A stretch of 58,971 nucleotides of DNA from Chlorokybus atmophyticus. Lineage: Eukaryota > Plantae > Mesostigma and Chlorokybus algae. Position numbers and translations under genes: made by a program. Of this stretch, positions 23,624-37,549 are shown one piece after another (positions within the stretch are counted from its first letter, which is position 1; every line of letters begins with the position of its first letter). Location of the stretch: NCBI GenBank assembly GCA_009103225.1, contig RHPI01002161.1, positions 1-58,971 on the forward strand, read 5' to 3'. Below the pieces are notes generated by a model. That model did no database searches and was not told the DNA's origin. It saw nothing but the letters and a program-made list of their open reading frames with translations.

Positions 23624-26600
23624 ATGGCGGGCGGAGGCGGAGGTGGCGGCGAGGGTGGTGGCCGGCACACCTCAGCCGCTGCGGATCCGCGCAGCAGCGT
23701 GGCGGCGGCGGCGGCGGCCGCAGCGCTGCCCGTGTCGAAGGCCGCCTCTGCATCTACCTCCACCACGCCTACATCATCCAAACCATCCACCCCGCGCTCC
23801 CCCAGGTACACACTCTTGACCGCCTGCCTTGCATGCACACCCAATCAGTCGGCTTCTGGGTGGCCGGCTGGCACGTTACAACACGTTAGCAGATGATATG
23901 GACACCTACATTGATATTGCTTGCTGGTGATGAGTTTACACAATAGTCATGTTATTGAAGTAAGACCAACTGCCGTCATCGAGTATGAAGATAGATTCAG
24001 GCAGCATTGTCGCCATGTGCATTTATGTGGACTACACTACACTTGTACTGCAGCACTTGTGTCACACGAGTCGTGTGCGGTAGTGGGGGATATGTATGCT
24101 TTATCCTCATTGCGTGTGCTATGTTAGGAACAATGGTGAGGTCCGGCCACAGCAGCCTCAGCATCAGCAACAGAGGAAGCCTAGCCGATATGCTCCTGGG
24201 CCGGCGGGTGGCTCGGTGGGTGTGCCGTACGTGCAGGACATGGTGTCTGAGATGGGCGACATCGACCACATGATGGACGATGACGACGACGAAGGCCGCT
24301 TCACCATCGACGGAGAAGTGGACAGGCGACCCTGGGACATCAACACCATGATGGTCACCGGCGGCAGCGCCGGACGCCTACGCGCACGGGTGAGTGAGAC
24401 AGGTGGAACGTTGTAGGATGACAAGCGCACACGCATTTGTATGCACACGCATATGCGCACAGACAGATAGGCGTGAGTGGTAACCCTCCTTCCTGCTTTC
24501 CATCACACAGGCAGGTGATTATGCGCCATCGAGTGCGGGGTCGTACTCGGACAAGGCGTTGGACGCTAGCCCTGTGGTTTGCGGCGTGTGCGCTGAGGCG
24601 ATCCCCGAGCCCGACGCCCACGCGTTCTACCCGTGCGAGTGCGCCTTCCGCATCTGCCGCGACTGCCAAGACGGCCGCAAGACCAACGCTGTCACCAACA
24701 CCAACACTACCAACAACAAGGACAAGGACGGCGTCCTGCGCCACTGCCCCGGTTGCGGGCAGCCGTACGCTGAGCAGATTGCGAGGCGTGAGCGCGCAAG
24801 AGAGGACGACTACGTGGCTCACGGCACACCGCGCTCGTTCACAACAAACACATACTACGCGCCTTCTTCCACAGGCGCGCACTCGGACGCCGAGCACGTG
24901 CGCCGCTACGTGCGCGGGGGACTCCTGGGCCACGACAACAACACCAACACCACCAACAATAAGGATATGTCTCCCGCGCTGGCGGCGGAGGACACGAGCG
25001 GGTCGCTGGTGTCGGTGGCGTCGTACGGCTACGGGAGCGTGTACGAGGTGCCTGGAGAGGGTAAAGACGGCGTGAAGCAACCCGTGCTTGCCCCGACACC
25101 ACTCTACCGCAAGATCGCCATGCCATCACGCTACATTCAACCATACCGCGCGCTGTGTCTGTTCCGTCTGGCGGCCACGGCGGCGTTTATCAGCTGGCGC
25201 GTGCGCAACCCCAACCCCAACGCGTACGGCTTGTGGCTCGCCAGCGTCTTCTGCGAGGTGTGGTTCGCACTGTCGTGGGTGCTCGACCAGGTCCCCAAGC
25301 TTCGCCCCGTCAAGCGAGAGACCTACCTCGCACGCCTCGGTGCTCGCTACACCGACTCCGACACCGATGAGACCGACAAGGACCATCTCCCCAGCGTGGA
25401 CGCGTTCATCACCACGGCGGATGCATCACGCGAACCACCATTGATCACGGCCAACACTATTCTCTCAATCCTAGCAATGGACTATCCGGCGAGTAAATTG
25501 ACGATCTACCTCTCTGATGACGGTGCGTCCAAGTTCATGTTTGACGTGATGGCCGAGACGGCGTTGTTCGCGCGCCTGTGGGTGCCATTCTGCAAGCGCT
25601 TTGGTGACGTGGAGCCGCGCCAACCCGAGGTGTACTTTGCGCGTCCCATCGACTACGCTGTCACGCGCGACAACCCCGACTTCGTCAAGGCACGCTTGCG
25701 CATGAAGCGCGCGTACGACGAGTTCAAGCTGCGTGTGGCCCACCTCGCCCAACTCACAAAGAACCCACCACCCGACGGGTGGAAGATGCACGATGGACGT
25801 GCGTGGCCGGGCAACAAGAGGTCAGACCACGAGGCTATCATCCAGGTGTTTCTACCCACACGGCCCCAAGTCACGGCGTCTAACCCAACACCCGACCCGG
25901 GTGTGACCGACGTGGACGGCAACCCGCTCCCCGCCCTCATCTACATGTCTCGCGAGAAGCGTCCCGGCCACTACCACAACAAGAAGGCCGGCGCGATGAA
26001 CGCGCTCGTGCGCTGCAGCGCGCTCATCACCAACGGGCAGTTCATCTTCAACGTCGACTGCGACCACTACATCAACAACTCGCGCGTCGTCCGCGAGGCG
26101 CTCTGCTTCTTTCTGGACCCGCTCAAGGGCCACAGGGTGGGCTACGTGCAGTTCCCGCAGAAGTTCGACGGCATCGACAAGTCCGATCGCTATGCCAACA
26201 ACAACGTCGTGTTCTTTGACGCTAACATGCGCGGCCTCGATGGCTGCCAGGGACCGCTCTACGTTGGCACGGGCTGCTTCTTCCGCCGACAGGCACTCTA
26301 TGATCGCAAGCCACCACCCGACCCACTCGCACTCGAGCGTGTTCGCGAGCGCGACCGCAGCTGCTGGGCCAAACTATGCTGTTGTTGTATCGGTGATACA
26401 CGCCGTCGGCGCTCCTCGCGCGAGCACGATTACGAGGCCAACAACAACCTGTCTATGTCGAGGTCCGCGTCCAAGATGCAGCTGATGGCTGTGGACGAGG
26501 CGTTGACGGGTATGCAGACACGCATGACCATGGACCCCATCTTGGATGATCGTGTGGTGATGGACGGGTCCGCCAAGTTGTTGATCGCCAACCCGCTCAT

Positions 26601-27627
26601 GCGCAAGTTGGGCATGTCCTCGCACTTTGTGGCGTCCACTTTGGCGGTGGATGCGTTGCCCGCGCAGCGCCTGGCCCCGCGCGACCTTCTTGCCGAGGTG
26701 GTGCTGGCCATCAGTGCTGATTATGAGGACTCGAGCGAGTGGGGTAAGCGCGTCGGGTGGGTGTACGGCACGGTCACTGAGGACGTGCTCACGGGCTTCT
26801 TCCTGCACGCCAACGGGTGGCGCAGCGTGTACCACACGCCGGAGCTGCCCGCGTTCAAGGGCACCGCACCCACCAACCTCACCGACCGCCTCGAGCAGGT
26901 GTTGCGTTGGGCCACGGGAAGCATTGAGATCTTTTTTTCGGGCAACAACCCGTGGGTGGCACGCTACGGCAGCGGGCTGAAGCCCGCGCAGCGTATTGCG
27001 TACATGGCCACCATGTTTTACCCCTTCACGTCGCTCGCGCTGGTCATGTACTGCGTGCTTCCCGCTGTATCACTCTTCATCAACCAGTTCATCGTGCCGG
27101 ACATCGGCATAGAGGCCGTGGTGTACTACGCGTGCCTGTTCCTCAGCATCATCGGGACCTCGCTGATGGAGATCAAGTGGTCTGGCGTCACCTTCGATGA
27201 CTTCTGGCGCAACGAGCAGTTTTGGGTGATATCCGGCACGTCCGCTCACTTTGCGGCCGTGTATCAGGGTCTTCTTAAGAACACGCTCGGCGTGGATATC
27301 GCCTTCTCAATCACGCAGAAGGCCGACGACGCCGAGGAGGAGTTCTACCTCGTCAAGTGGTCGTGGCTGCTGTTTGTGCCGCTCACCATCGCCATCATCA
27401 ACGTGCTCGCGCTCATCGCGGGCATTGCCGCCGAGGTCAACAAGCAGGGCAACCCACAGTGGGGGGAGCTGTTTGGTAAGGTTATCTTCAGTCTGTGGGT
27501 GCTTGTTCACTACTACCCATTCCTCAAGGGACTCATGGGACGACGCTCGAGGCCACCCACTATGGTTATCGTGTGGGCCGTCCTGCTTGTCCTTGTCTTC
27601 TCCGTCTTCTGGTCCCGCGCGCTCTGA
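23624..27627 (+). CDS. CSLD: Cellulose synthase-like protein, CslD/CesA-like (GT2; 3 exons, 1186 aa)
   Basis: Exons 23624-23805, 24128-24389 and 24511-27627 are in phase. RING-type Zn finger CGVC...PCECAFRICRDC...CPGC; TADA, SDDG, NVDCDHYINNS, TED and QVLRW catalytic motifs; plant-conserved region; Cys-rich class-specific region; C-terminal TM helices. PCECxFxIC and the NTMMVTGG segment resemble CslD. Confidence 0.9.
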
Positions 27628-28797
27628 GAGGACGTGTACTCGTAGAATGCACGCATGCACACGCGCACGTACACATTGTGTACCCGTTGTACACACGCTG
27701 TTGTTGCTGCTAGTGACCCCAGCTCTATCTATTGTTAGCGTAGTCTTGACAATGCTCGCACATTTGCGCTGGTAATAATACATTGCCTGGTTGACACTGG
27801 CTGATTTTCTACCGTACGCACAGTTTGCACAGTCGTCACACTGTATGTACTCCCGCGTTGCACGTGCGGTTGAGAAAATGTTGGTGCCGCTCGTATTTCA
27901 GATGTGTTTCTTCTTGAAAGCTGGTGTGCAACCGGCAACAATCAGAAACATGAGAGGTAGACAGTTGAGTTTACATATCTGCGGAGGCCTACCGCATGTC
28001 TGCAGATAACTTCACCATGCAGGTCACATTCATGTTTCCCAACCGCAGGCCAGAGTTGCACCACTCCAGTGCCTGGCGGACACATCTTGCCACGCACAAC
28101 ACCGCTAGCTCATGCCGCTACTGCTGCATGGCATGTAAGGGCCCAAGGCTTCTAGCTCACGCGTAGCCGTACACAATCTTGAATCACGACGCGCTATACA
28201 GCAAGCAGGACGCATGCAATAAAAGTTGGTCGGTAATCAACCTATTGATGATTCAAGCATGTTGGCTTTAGTTGAAAGGGGTTGGGGTGGGGAGCGGTGG
28301 ATGCGGTGCAGCGCACTGCTGTGTGATGCAAAGCTATATATAGTCCACTCTTTACTTTGTTACTTCAACGCACAGCACATCCCTACAGTGCAGTACTCTT
28401 TCAAACCCGCCTCGGCCCTTGTTGCCATCACCAGAGTTGATACCACGGACGGCCATGCCATGCATGTGTGGTTCACCATGGATGACGGTGACTGTTGGCA
28501 TTACACATAGCACAGCACAGCACACTTTGGGGCTTGGGCCAGCCCTATTGCTTGTTGCATGCATTGCATTGCACTAGCATTGGCACTTCCTTGCGATTTT
28601 ATGTGGTCAGCATACACGCGCACTTGAATGAAGCTCAGTTTTGATGCAGTTTTCAGTGAAGTACGCAGATCTGCAACGCATACACAATCACAATCATTGT
28701 GTATGCGCGTGTGTGCATAAAGTATACATCTTATATGACACATAATGTAAGCATATGTCACGTACTCAACACTCAATACGCACCAGGATTAGCTCGC

Positions 28798-28829
<32 letters not shown>

Positions 28830-29747
28830 CTGTAGTCAAAGCAGTTAGGAACAGCTTCCACTACGTCCAAGGCCCCTTCCATACACAACACACACCCATC
28901 TGAATGTGTTATAAGGAATTCCCTATACCTACTTCTCTTTACTGTGTTTGCATGGTGCCCATCCGTTTAACACACCCCCGTTTCATGATGGGTGGGTCCA
29001 ACTTTCTTGCCGCATCGGAGGTTGATCATCTTACAGTGTAGGGTATACTCCCCAAAGTTGGGGATGTTTGGGGTTTTAAGGGTGGCGTGCGCGTCATTGA
29101 TTATTTGGCGGACATGTATATATATTATGTGTAGCTTAGGATTGTTTGCCACACAGTCATAATTATTTTATATTTTTTGGCCACCTATAACGCGAGTTAC
29201 AGCGCGCCAAAGTTGAGGTGTGACGGGTGTCAGCCCGCCAATCAGCGAGCCCGAACTTGGGGACTCGAGACAGCTGCCAAAGGCTGTCAGCCTCTGCCAA
29301 CTCTTGCTGAGGGCTATCACTTTGCTGCCCGCAGCCATTCTGGAGTGGCTGCGGGCTGCTTGAGCAGGCTGGGGGGGGGGCAGGCGCATCATGGTGGTGA
29401 TGGCTGTGATGTGCAGGCATTTCCACTGCAGGCATTCTTTGCCGCCAAGACCACGCTTTGGCGGCAAAAAATGCTGGCATTGTGCAAGGTTTCAATCAAG
29501 CAGGCGGCGACGTGAGCGTCTAGGGCGGCATGCAGGTCCAAGGCGGCATGCATTAGGTCACAGCTTATGTGTGTGTGTGGTTTCTTGTATGTACAGAGCA
29601 TGCAGGTAAAGAGGTCTATGTAAAACTAATCTTAGGTTATAAGGGGGTTGGACTGCGCTTGTGTCTTGCATGTGTGGGGTTCTGTCGCCAGCGGGAGCCC
29701 GCCTCCTTGGCGAGGTTGTTGGTTGGGGGATCAACACGGAGGTGGCG

Positions 29748-31995
29748 CTAGGCGAAGTCCTCCGCATAGTCCCACAAGGGGTCCCCCAGTTGGTTCTCGC
29801 ATATCATAGGGTTCCATTCATACCTCAACAGTAGCTCGTTTGCCTCTCTTGCTGTGCGTTCCCTCTGCTCTTTCTTTGCCTGTTGCTCAGCCTGTGCCTC
29901 AGCCTTCTGTTGTCTTCTCTTCTCCTTCTCCCATTCAGCAAGCATCTTCTTCAAGGCTGTTTCCTTCTTCTTTGTTGTCAGCTTCTCTGCTTTCTGCACT
30001 GCTTCTTGTGCTGCTTGCTGTTTGCGTTGCTGTGTTGCTTCCTTGTGGGCTTGCTTGGCTGCCTCTTTTGCTTCTTTCTCTGCATCAAGCTTTTCCAGCT
30101 CTGCTGCTATCTCATCTGATATCAACAGGTGTGCAGTTGTGAATCCTCTCCTCTTCTTCACCGGCGCCTTTGTGTTGGGTGCTGCCTCCTCCATGTTGTT
30201 GTTGTTGTTGTCTCCATCTCCCACCACAATAGCGTCCAGTAAAGCAGACAGTCCTAGTGGTGGTGGGGTTGTCTCCTGCTCCGTAAAGTACTTGTCCAAT
30301 GCGTGTATGTTGAGAGGCCATAACCCACAGGCACGAAACCCACAATTGATGTTGGCAGGGGAAAGTCCTACGTAGAAAGGGGTGATGAGCAACTTGAAGA
30401 GCTCTTTCCTGCTGAGCTCCCAGTTGTGCCCGCTCTCTTGCCGCTGCCTGTACTCTTTCCTGTATTGCTCCTTAAACAGATGAAAACAGGACACATCCAG
30501 TAGTTGCAGCCGATGAGTTGTGTGGGGTGGCAAGACCAGAATGTGCAAGCTGTGGTCTTGTGCAAAGCGTATCATGGTGGGGTTGTACCTGCTCACATGG
30601 CCGTCCACAACTAGCAGTGCAGGGTTGGAAGGGCTGCAACCTCCTGGCATCCACTTCGCCAGCTCCTCAATCCACTGCTCAAAGATTTGGGTTGCCATCC
30701 AAGCGTTTTCCTGGGCAGCAAACCGGGCTCCTGGCACGCTGAAGTCCCTGTTGTCTACGGTCAATCTTTGCCCCTTGACGATCACCAGTGGAGGGACAGC
30801 CAAGCCACCACCAGTTCCAGCACACATCAAGGTGATGTATTCTCTGCTCCCAGTAGTTGCAGATTGAGCCCACTTTGCACCACTGCATTACACAGGTGCA
30901 TAAGATGACTTTCGCACGATGACTTTCGCATTACATCATACATGCATGCAAGGTGTGCAACATAGCAACACTGACTGCTCACCTCTCCACAATGACCCTT
31001 TGGTATTTTGCACAGCTGTATCTGGTTCAATGCCCACCTCAGCGGCCGATATAATCCTATCAGGCCCAACCCCCAGCTTAGCAACAGTATCTGCAAGCAG
31101 CTGAAAATAGTGGTAGACAACATCCTTGCGCAGGGAAACCCTCTTCGATTTGTCAAGGGCTTCGGCTTTCCTGCTCACCAAGCGCTTCCTCTTCTAGAAA
31201 AGCCTGAACCACATGTAACCAGGTACTCCTTGCTTCAGCTGGTCTGCTCTTGCATCACCCACAAGTCTTTTGCCTGCTTCCACACATACTTCGGTCCATG
31301 TCACTGCATGGCCCCATTTGTTGCGTTGTATCACCCACTGAGCCAGGTCATGCTCCTCCTCTGCTGTGAAGATGGTAGGAGCACCAGTCCCCCTATGTGG
31401 CATGCATATGTTGGCAATTGTGCATGCATATGTTGGCAACTAACACTTGGTCAATGCTACATGTTGTGACGGCGGTATACTTACTTGTACTCGGAGAGGT
31501 CAAGCTGGGCCAGGAAGCGCCTCATGGTGGTGTCCGGGATGCCCAACTCCTTGACTGCATCGCTCACAAACATGCAGCCCTTCTGAATGGAAGACACAGC
31601 CCTCTGTATGTCTTCCAGTTTGTCTTCGTACGTGGTATAGCTTCGCTTGCCCTTCTCAGAAGCTGGGGTCTTGGCCTTCACACGCTTGCTCTGCAGACAT
31701 GGAGCATCAGCATATGGATGCAAGGCTAGCTATCATAACGTACTGCATAGCAGCGTGATGACAGGATGGTCTGAGTGGCGAAGGCCACGATGATGATCAG
31801 CATGCTCAAGCATGCATAACACCCACCTTGCCTGAGCTGCGTTGCACCATAGGTAGCTAGGTGTAGAGGTGTAGAGGTGTAGAGGTGTAGAGGTGTAGAA
31901 GGTGTAGAAGTGTAGGTGTTGATGTCTTCAAACACTTGGCAATGCCAGCCTTTCCCCGCTACATACCTGGTCACCTTACCCTTGCTTGCTCTCAC
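29748..31995 (-). pseudogene. Inactivated pogo-type DDE transposase (psq HTH + CENP-B HTH + DDE_1 + Lys-rich tail)
   Basis: DAVKELGIPDTTMRR (psq HTH), TIFTAEEEHDLAQWV...WFRLF (CENP-B HTH), LLVVDGHVSR, HTTHRLQLLDVSCF. In-frame TAG at ~31194; the first catalytic motif reads SAAEVG instead of N-x-DETG. Confidence 0.85.
31860..31915. repeat. (GGTGTAGA)n octamer tandem repeat inside the pogo element
   Basis: About 5-6 units directly visible. Confidence 0.9.
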
Positions 31996-34900
31996 TATGC
32001 ATCTCTATGACACCTCAGCATGTGCCTCACCACACCACTTAGCTAGTGAGTGTTTGTGGCACAACGGAATGCTATATAACAACCTCCACAGCAACCCACC
32101 AACTTTGGGTGCATACAACAGCTGCAATCACAACTTGGCTTGTGGGGGGGAATGCGTTACGCGTTACCCCAAAAATGAACCACATAACTTTTGCAATATC
32201 GCCTCAAATGCCTTACAAGTTGATAAATAAGCTCTTATTAGCAGTAGAAACACACCAAAAAACAATCACTCAAATCGACATTCACATCATCAAGTTGTGT
32301 TATATCAAAGTTTGGGGCAGTCCAACCCCATTTAAAACACCAAAATAGATTATTTTGAAAATTTGAAACTGGCGCCCTACTAGGCCGTTGCGCGATGTGT
32401 CAGGCTCGAGAGGTAGGTAATGACGAGGCCTACCTACCCTAGTATGGCCGGCAAAGGCTAAAAGGTCCGAAAGCTACAAGCCAAAAATGGCCTAATCCCC
32501 AAGTTAGGGGAGTTTACCCTAGGCATTGCCTACTCGGCAGGGCCTGAAACTGACAGTGCTGAGCTAGTACTGCAGTGCTATTTCACCGCCAACAATACTC
32601 CCGGGTAACGTGGGGAGCTCAATGCCTTCGTTGCACGTGCTTAGCCAATCGCGAATGATAGCTTTGCACGTGCTGATTGGCTGCTACGAGGCTAATGCCA
32701 AGATGTCGCCCGGTGTCACCAGCGCGTCTAGCAGCACGAAGTTCTTGCTGCTTTCTGCCGCTGCCACACGTCCGCAGAGCGTTGTGGCGGTGGTTTTTGC
32801 GCCATGACATGATGAGTGCTTACCAGCAGGCAGGAACATACACCTCGGATCCCTTTGGGCATCAATTTAGCGTCTGCTTGAACCACATTGAGAGGGTTAT
32901 AACTATGGTGGGAGGGGAGGAGTTGGTGTTGGAGTGTAAAGCGCATGAGGTTTGTATATAGAGCTCGAAATGTGGCAGCGCAGCAGCCATTGGCTGACAC
33001 AAGTTTAGTTAATTGTCATAACATGCGAAAGGTTAATAAATCATCATGTGCAATTGCTGCGAGTACCATCATGATAGATGTGATGCATAGTATCATATGA
33101 CATTATGATAGCTATGGCAAGCTAGCTGTAAAATATGCATGCCGACTTTTCATATGACACGTCTTACATGTCGTGTGTGCAAAGATGTTATGCTTCTATG
33201 GTCGTTGAGAGCGCCTAACGGTATTGCCTATTGTCCGTTTACACAAGCAGAGCCTGCAGCCACTTGCGACGCAGCTGTGGGTCTTATAACGGCCGGCACA
33301 GACTTGCAAGACATTGGCAGCCGCCATAATGGCGGTTATGATAATCGCCATTGCCACGAGCACACGGCACCGCACAGCATGACACCCCGCGCCCTCCGCT
33401 GGCTTTACCTTGCTTGCATGCATCCAAGTGCGGGAGGACCCAATCTAATCCGGGGCGTTGTTGCAGCAGGTCTGCTTGCTTGTCCATGATGTGCTCGCTT
33501 GCCTTCCCGCCTCCTCTTCGCCACCATGCATGCACTTAGGCCGTGCACATGAATAGTTTTTCTTGCCCCTACCCCGTTTTCAATAAAAGTTGTGCCTCGC
33601 GCTTGTGCTGCTAGTTGCGTGTGTGCTTGCCAAGGCACACATGATGTGTGTTTTATTTAATGTGCCCAATTGCTTGCATCAAAACCATTGAAAAGCCTAT
33701 ATACCTTGCTGTTTATACAAAGGTGGTGGAAAGATTGCATGCACCATGCCATGCGTTTATGACAAAGCACATACAACATGCCATGCGTAATACTCATCCA
33801 CGATTGAGAAAGTAAGACGTGCACAGTTGGCATGCCATGATAAGTCATGTCAACGGTTAGCAGTGGTTAGAGTTGAACGCATGTTGCCGCACGCAACACC
33901 GCTAGCTCATGCCAAAATGTCATGTAAGGCCCAAATGCTCAGGTAGAAGGCTTCCAGCTTGTTTACAATCTAAAGTCGCGATGTGCTGTACAAATGGAAT
34001 TGCAAGCGGGAGGCAGGTAATGAAGTTGCAATTGGTTGGCAATAAACCTACCGAGTTCAAGCACATTAGCTGCAGTTGAGGAGGTTGGGGTGGCGAGCGG
34101 TGGATGTGATGCAGCACAATGCCGTGCAATGCGAAGCTATCTCACTTTTTTAAATTCATTACTTTATCGCACAGCACGGCACTTCACAGCGCAGTATTAC
34201 AGTGCATTGATCTCTCAACCCCGACCTAACCCCGCGTCGCCGCCACTAGCGTTGGTACCACGGACGGCCATGCCATGCACGTGGTTGGCTTACACGTGCA
34301 TTTGAATGAAGTTCGATTTTAATGCACTTTTTAGTGAAAAGTGCATTTTTTCAACGCATGCACAATTATATCATTGTGTATGCACGCGTGTGCGTAGGAT
34401 ATTCATCTCACACATAATGTAAGCATATGTTAGCACGCATTCAACACGCACCATAGTTGGAGCAGTCAGGAACAGCTTCAACTACGCCTTGGGCCCATTC
34501 CATACACACACTGACAGGAACGTGATCATGGAATTCTTCACCTACTGTTCTCTCCTTTGTTTGCATGGTGCCTATCCCTTATTCACCATGTGTGGGTGCA
34601 ATTTTCTTACCGCACTGGAGGATGTTGATTATCGTACAGTGTAGGCATTGCCTACTAAGCAGAGCCAAAAGCCAGCAATGCAGATTGTCCTGCTGTACTA
34701 TTTCAGCGGCAGCACGCAGCGCAGCTGGTTGTCCGCGAGACCACCATCGAGACTCCTGGGTGACGTGGGGAGTTGGAAGCCATCAAGTCTGAGATGAGCC
34801 AATCATGTAATAGCGTCACATGTGCCAATCGGCTGCTATGCGCTTGACGCACAGATTTAGCGCCTTGTGTCACCAGCGGGTTTAGTAGCACGAAATTCTG

Positions 34901-37549
34901 GCTGCCTTCTGCCACGCGTCCGCAGCGTCGTGAAGTATGATGTAGATGATGAATAAATGAAGCTGCTTCATCATGGCGAGAGGGTTGCCATGGTGGGAGG
35001 GGAGGCGTTGGTGTTGGAATGCATAGCGCATGTGTTGTGAATTATCATCTTGGAATGGTGCAATAGTGCAGCCATTGGATGACATGTGTAGAAGTACTTG
35101 TTACGACATAACTCGCATAAGAGCTGTTTAAACAAGCACGCTCAAGCTGATAAGGGGCCAGCGATGCACACGCACACACACACAAGGCACATACGGAGGA
35201 GACGAAGCACATGTTGGATTGGACGGGAGCTAAGATAGAGCTACTAACACTTTGGATAAATTATTCCAACTAGACTCTAGACTCTTAAGGATGTGGGAGT
35301 AGGCAGCAAGCTTGGCAAAACGTAGCAACCTGCAAAGCGCATGAAGAGGGAGATGAGCTTTTGGTTACATCGAGCGCCAGGGAGGGAGCAGCATGCACGA
35401 CGACAATGACGATGCTGGTATAACAATAACAACTGCTTGGCCCCCACTCTAGAATGCTCGTCGCAACAGCCTTTGCTCTCAGCCTTTGGTCCTACCATAT
35501 TGCACCTCTTGCAGCCGCTATAAGATCGCTCATGAGCATGTTGGCAAACAACCGCAGGACAAATGAGTTTGGCATTGCGCATCACTTATTATCGCGTCAA
35601 GGCCACATAAAGCACACACATAGGTCACACAACACCCACAAAAACCATATTACCCTCAGTCATGCATGCTATAGTGTCAATCAGCACACAAGTAACAGCT
35701 TCTGACATATAAACATATATTCGAATAGTAACTTATTATGAGGATTTGCTGCAAGTGTTATTATAACAACTATGATGACATTCTGATAACCTATAGCACG
35801 TAAGTTTTCATATACGCAGGCCGGCTTGCACATGACACACCAAAGGGGGGCCACTTCGAATATGAAGGTGGCGCAATGCATGTATGCATCGTGCCATGCA
35901 TGTTGTGACAAGGCATGTACAACATGCCATGCGTGGTATTTACTCATTTTGATTACATAAAGGAATTGCATGCTTTGCATGGCATGGCATGCCATGTTAA
36001 GCTGAACATAATACCTCACATTATTATATAGAGTCAATGCTAAGACTTGGCTGTTATTACTTTTAAACAAAACAATGTTAACTTACACAATGGCGCTGTG
36101 GTGTTAGACTTACTTAAATAGCATCTCCCGAGTGGGGCAAATTCTGTAATACGTTATGTAATGCACCCTTTAAAATAACATAATTTGCCTGTCAAAATAT
36201 GAGTAACACTATCCACTGACCTTTTTGCATAATGTGTACAGTAAATAGCAATATGTATACAGTTATTGTGTATGGGTGATCCATAGATGTTTTTGTTCTT
36301 GCCATTTTGAAAGCTTTCATCATGTTCAGCTGCAATTGACTAAAAACAGCAACTTTTTAATTTGAGTCATATGATGTCTGTGCATAGCTCAATCACGGTG
36401 CAAGACTGCGTTTGGGTTATGTTGCATATTATGTTATAATGTAATGTCATGATGCACGCATTTACATCGTATCATGTTGTAGTACACAAGGCAAAGCACA
36501 GCACGCAATATCATGGCCAACCCTTGATGAAATTTGAACATCACAACGCAACTATCATCACAACAGCTATTATGCGGACTCGGTCCTGCATACGCTAAAA
36601 TTAAAGGATAAATTTTTACAAAACTTATTGTCTGCATTCTGCCACACAAGGTGAAGCTTGTATCGTCACTGTTGGCTTTAAGGTCATTATGTGGTGGTCA
36701 CAATCGGTATGAACCCATGGCTTATTTGATGTAAGGACAAGTGCATTCACCAAGATGGAAAGCACACCAGGGGCCAAAAGCCGCACACACAACGCAAACA
36801 GTACGATCCTTACAACGCGGGCGCACCCTCGTTGTACTGTACTGCGTCATCCGCGTGACGCGAACCGTCATGGCGTAACCCAGCAGTTCCATCAGCCGTC
36901 CCATCACGTGACCCGCGTGCTTGTGTCCCCTCAGCGGGCGGCGCACAAACCGCTGCGGTGCAGGTGCTGCCCGCTGGCGATCCCGCAGCGCAAGAAGACA
37001 ACAGCGCACAGCCAGGACTAGCACAAGGACCCGGTGCGCAACGACAACGCCGGCGCGCAGGTGATTGCCAAACCCCACGTCCCATGACGGAAAATGCCAT
37101 CCTGCATGAATCCCTTCTCGGCGGCTGTGTTGTCTTGCGGTGTTTGTCCTTGTGTCCACAGCGAATGGACGCTCTACCAATACTCGCCCCAACCCCACGC
37201 ATGTGCTTAGGGAGGGTGTCACATCATGCATGTCTCGGAACTGTGACGTGACACGTTTGCCATGCATGGACCGCTCCTCCTCCTGCTCATTGTCAAAGCC
37301 AGCGCAGTGCTTCACAGGGTAGTTGCATCTCGGCCATCGGTCAGCGTTATTAACCGGAGGCCAGCTCAGCTCCCTTTCGCGGACAGACAGTCGAACAGCT
37401 TCTTGGCATTGTTCTACTATCGCCTTGCACAGTCTGGTTGATGCTTGTGATGATGGTAATCAAGCGGTTTCAGTAGCGAGTTGTTGTCATTGTCCACTTC
37501 ACTGCGATTGTTGTTGTTGTGGTGGTGGACGCCAACAACACCCGTGACC

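Larger units (their letters stand above)
29041..32519 (-). mobile_element. Complete pogo/Fot1-like (Tc1-mariner superfamily) DNA transposon, 3479 bp
   Basis: 25-bp TIRs GGGTATACTCCCCAAAGTTGGGGAT / GGGTAAACTCCCCTAACTTGGGGAT (22/25 match); TA on both sides (29039-29040, 32520-32521); empty paralogous site TACAGTG-TA-GGCATTGCCTACT at 34642. Confidence 0.92.
28090..36000. repeat. Old diverged tandem duplication of a ~2.1-2.3 kb non-coding unit
   Basis: Collinear similarity 28090-29040 vs 33890-34645 (exact anchor CAACACCGCTAGCTCATGCC at 28097 and 33894), 32520-33000 vs 34642-35085, and 33735-33810 vs 35885-35950. Confidence 0.8.

Noticed and set aside
23480-23896. Pro/Gly/Arg-rich ORFs on both strands around 23.5-23.9 kb
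   Set aside because: They arise from GGC repeats in the 5' UTR and first exon of the CslD-like gene; only the plus frame from ATG 23624 splices in phase.
24355-25080. 241-aa minus ORF and 212-aa alternative plus ORF overlapping the CslD-like gene
   Set aside because: GC-rich shadow frames of the CslD-like coding exon.
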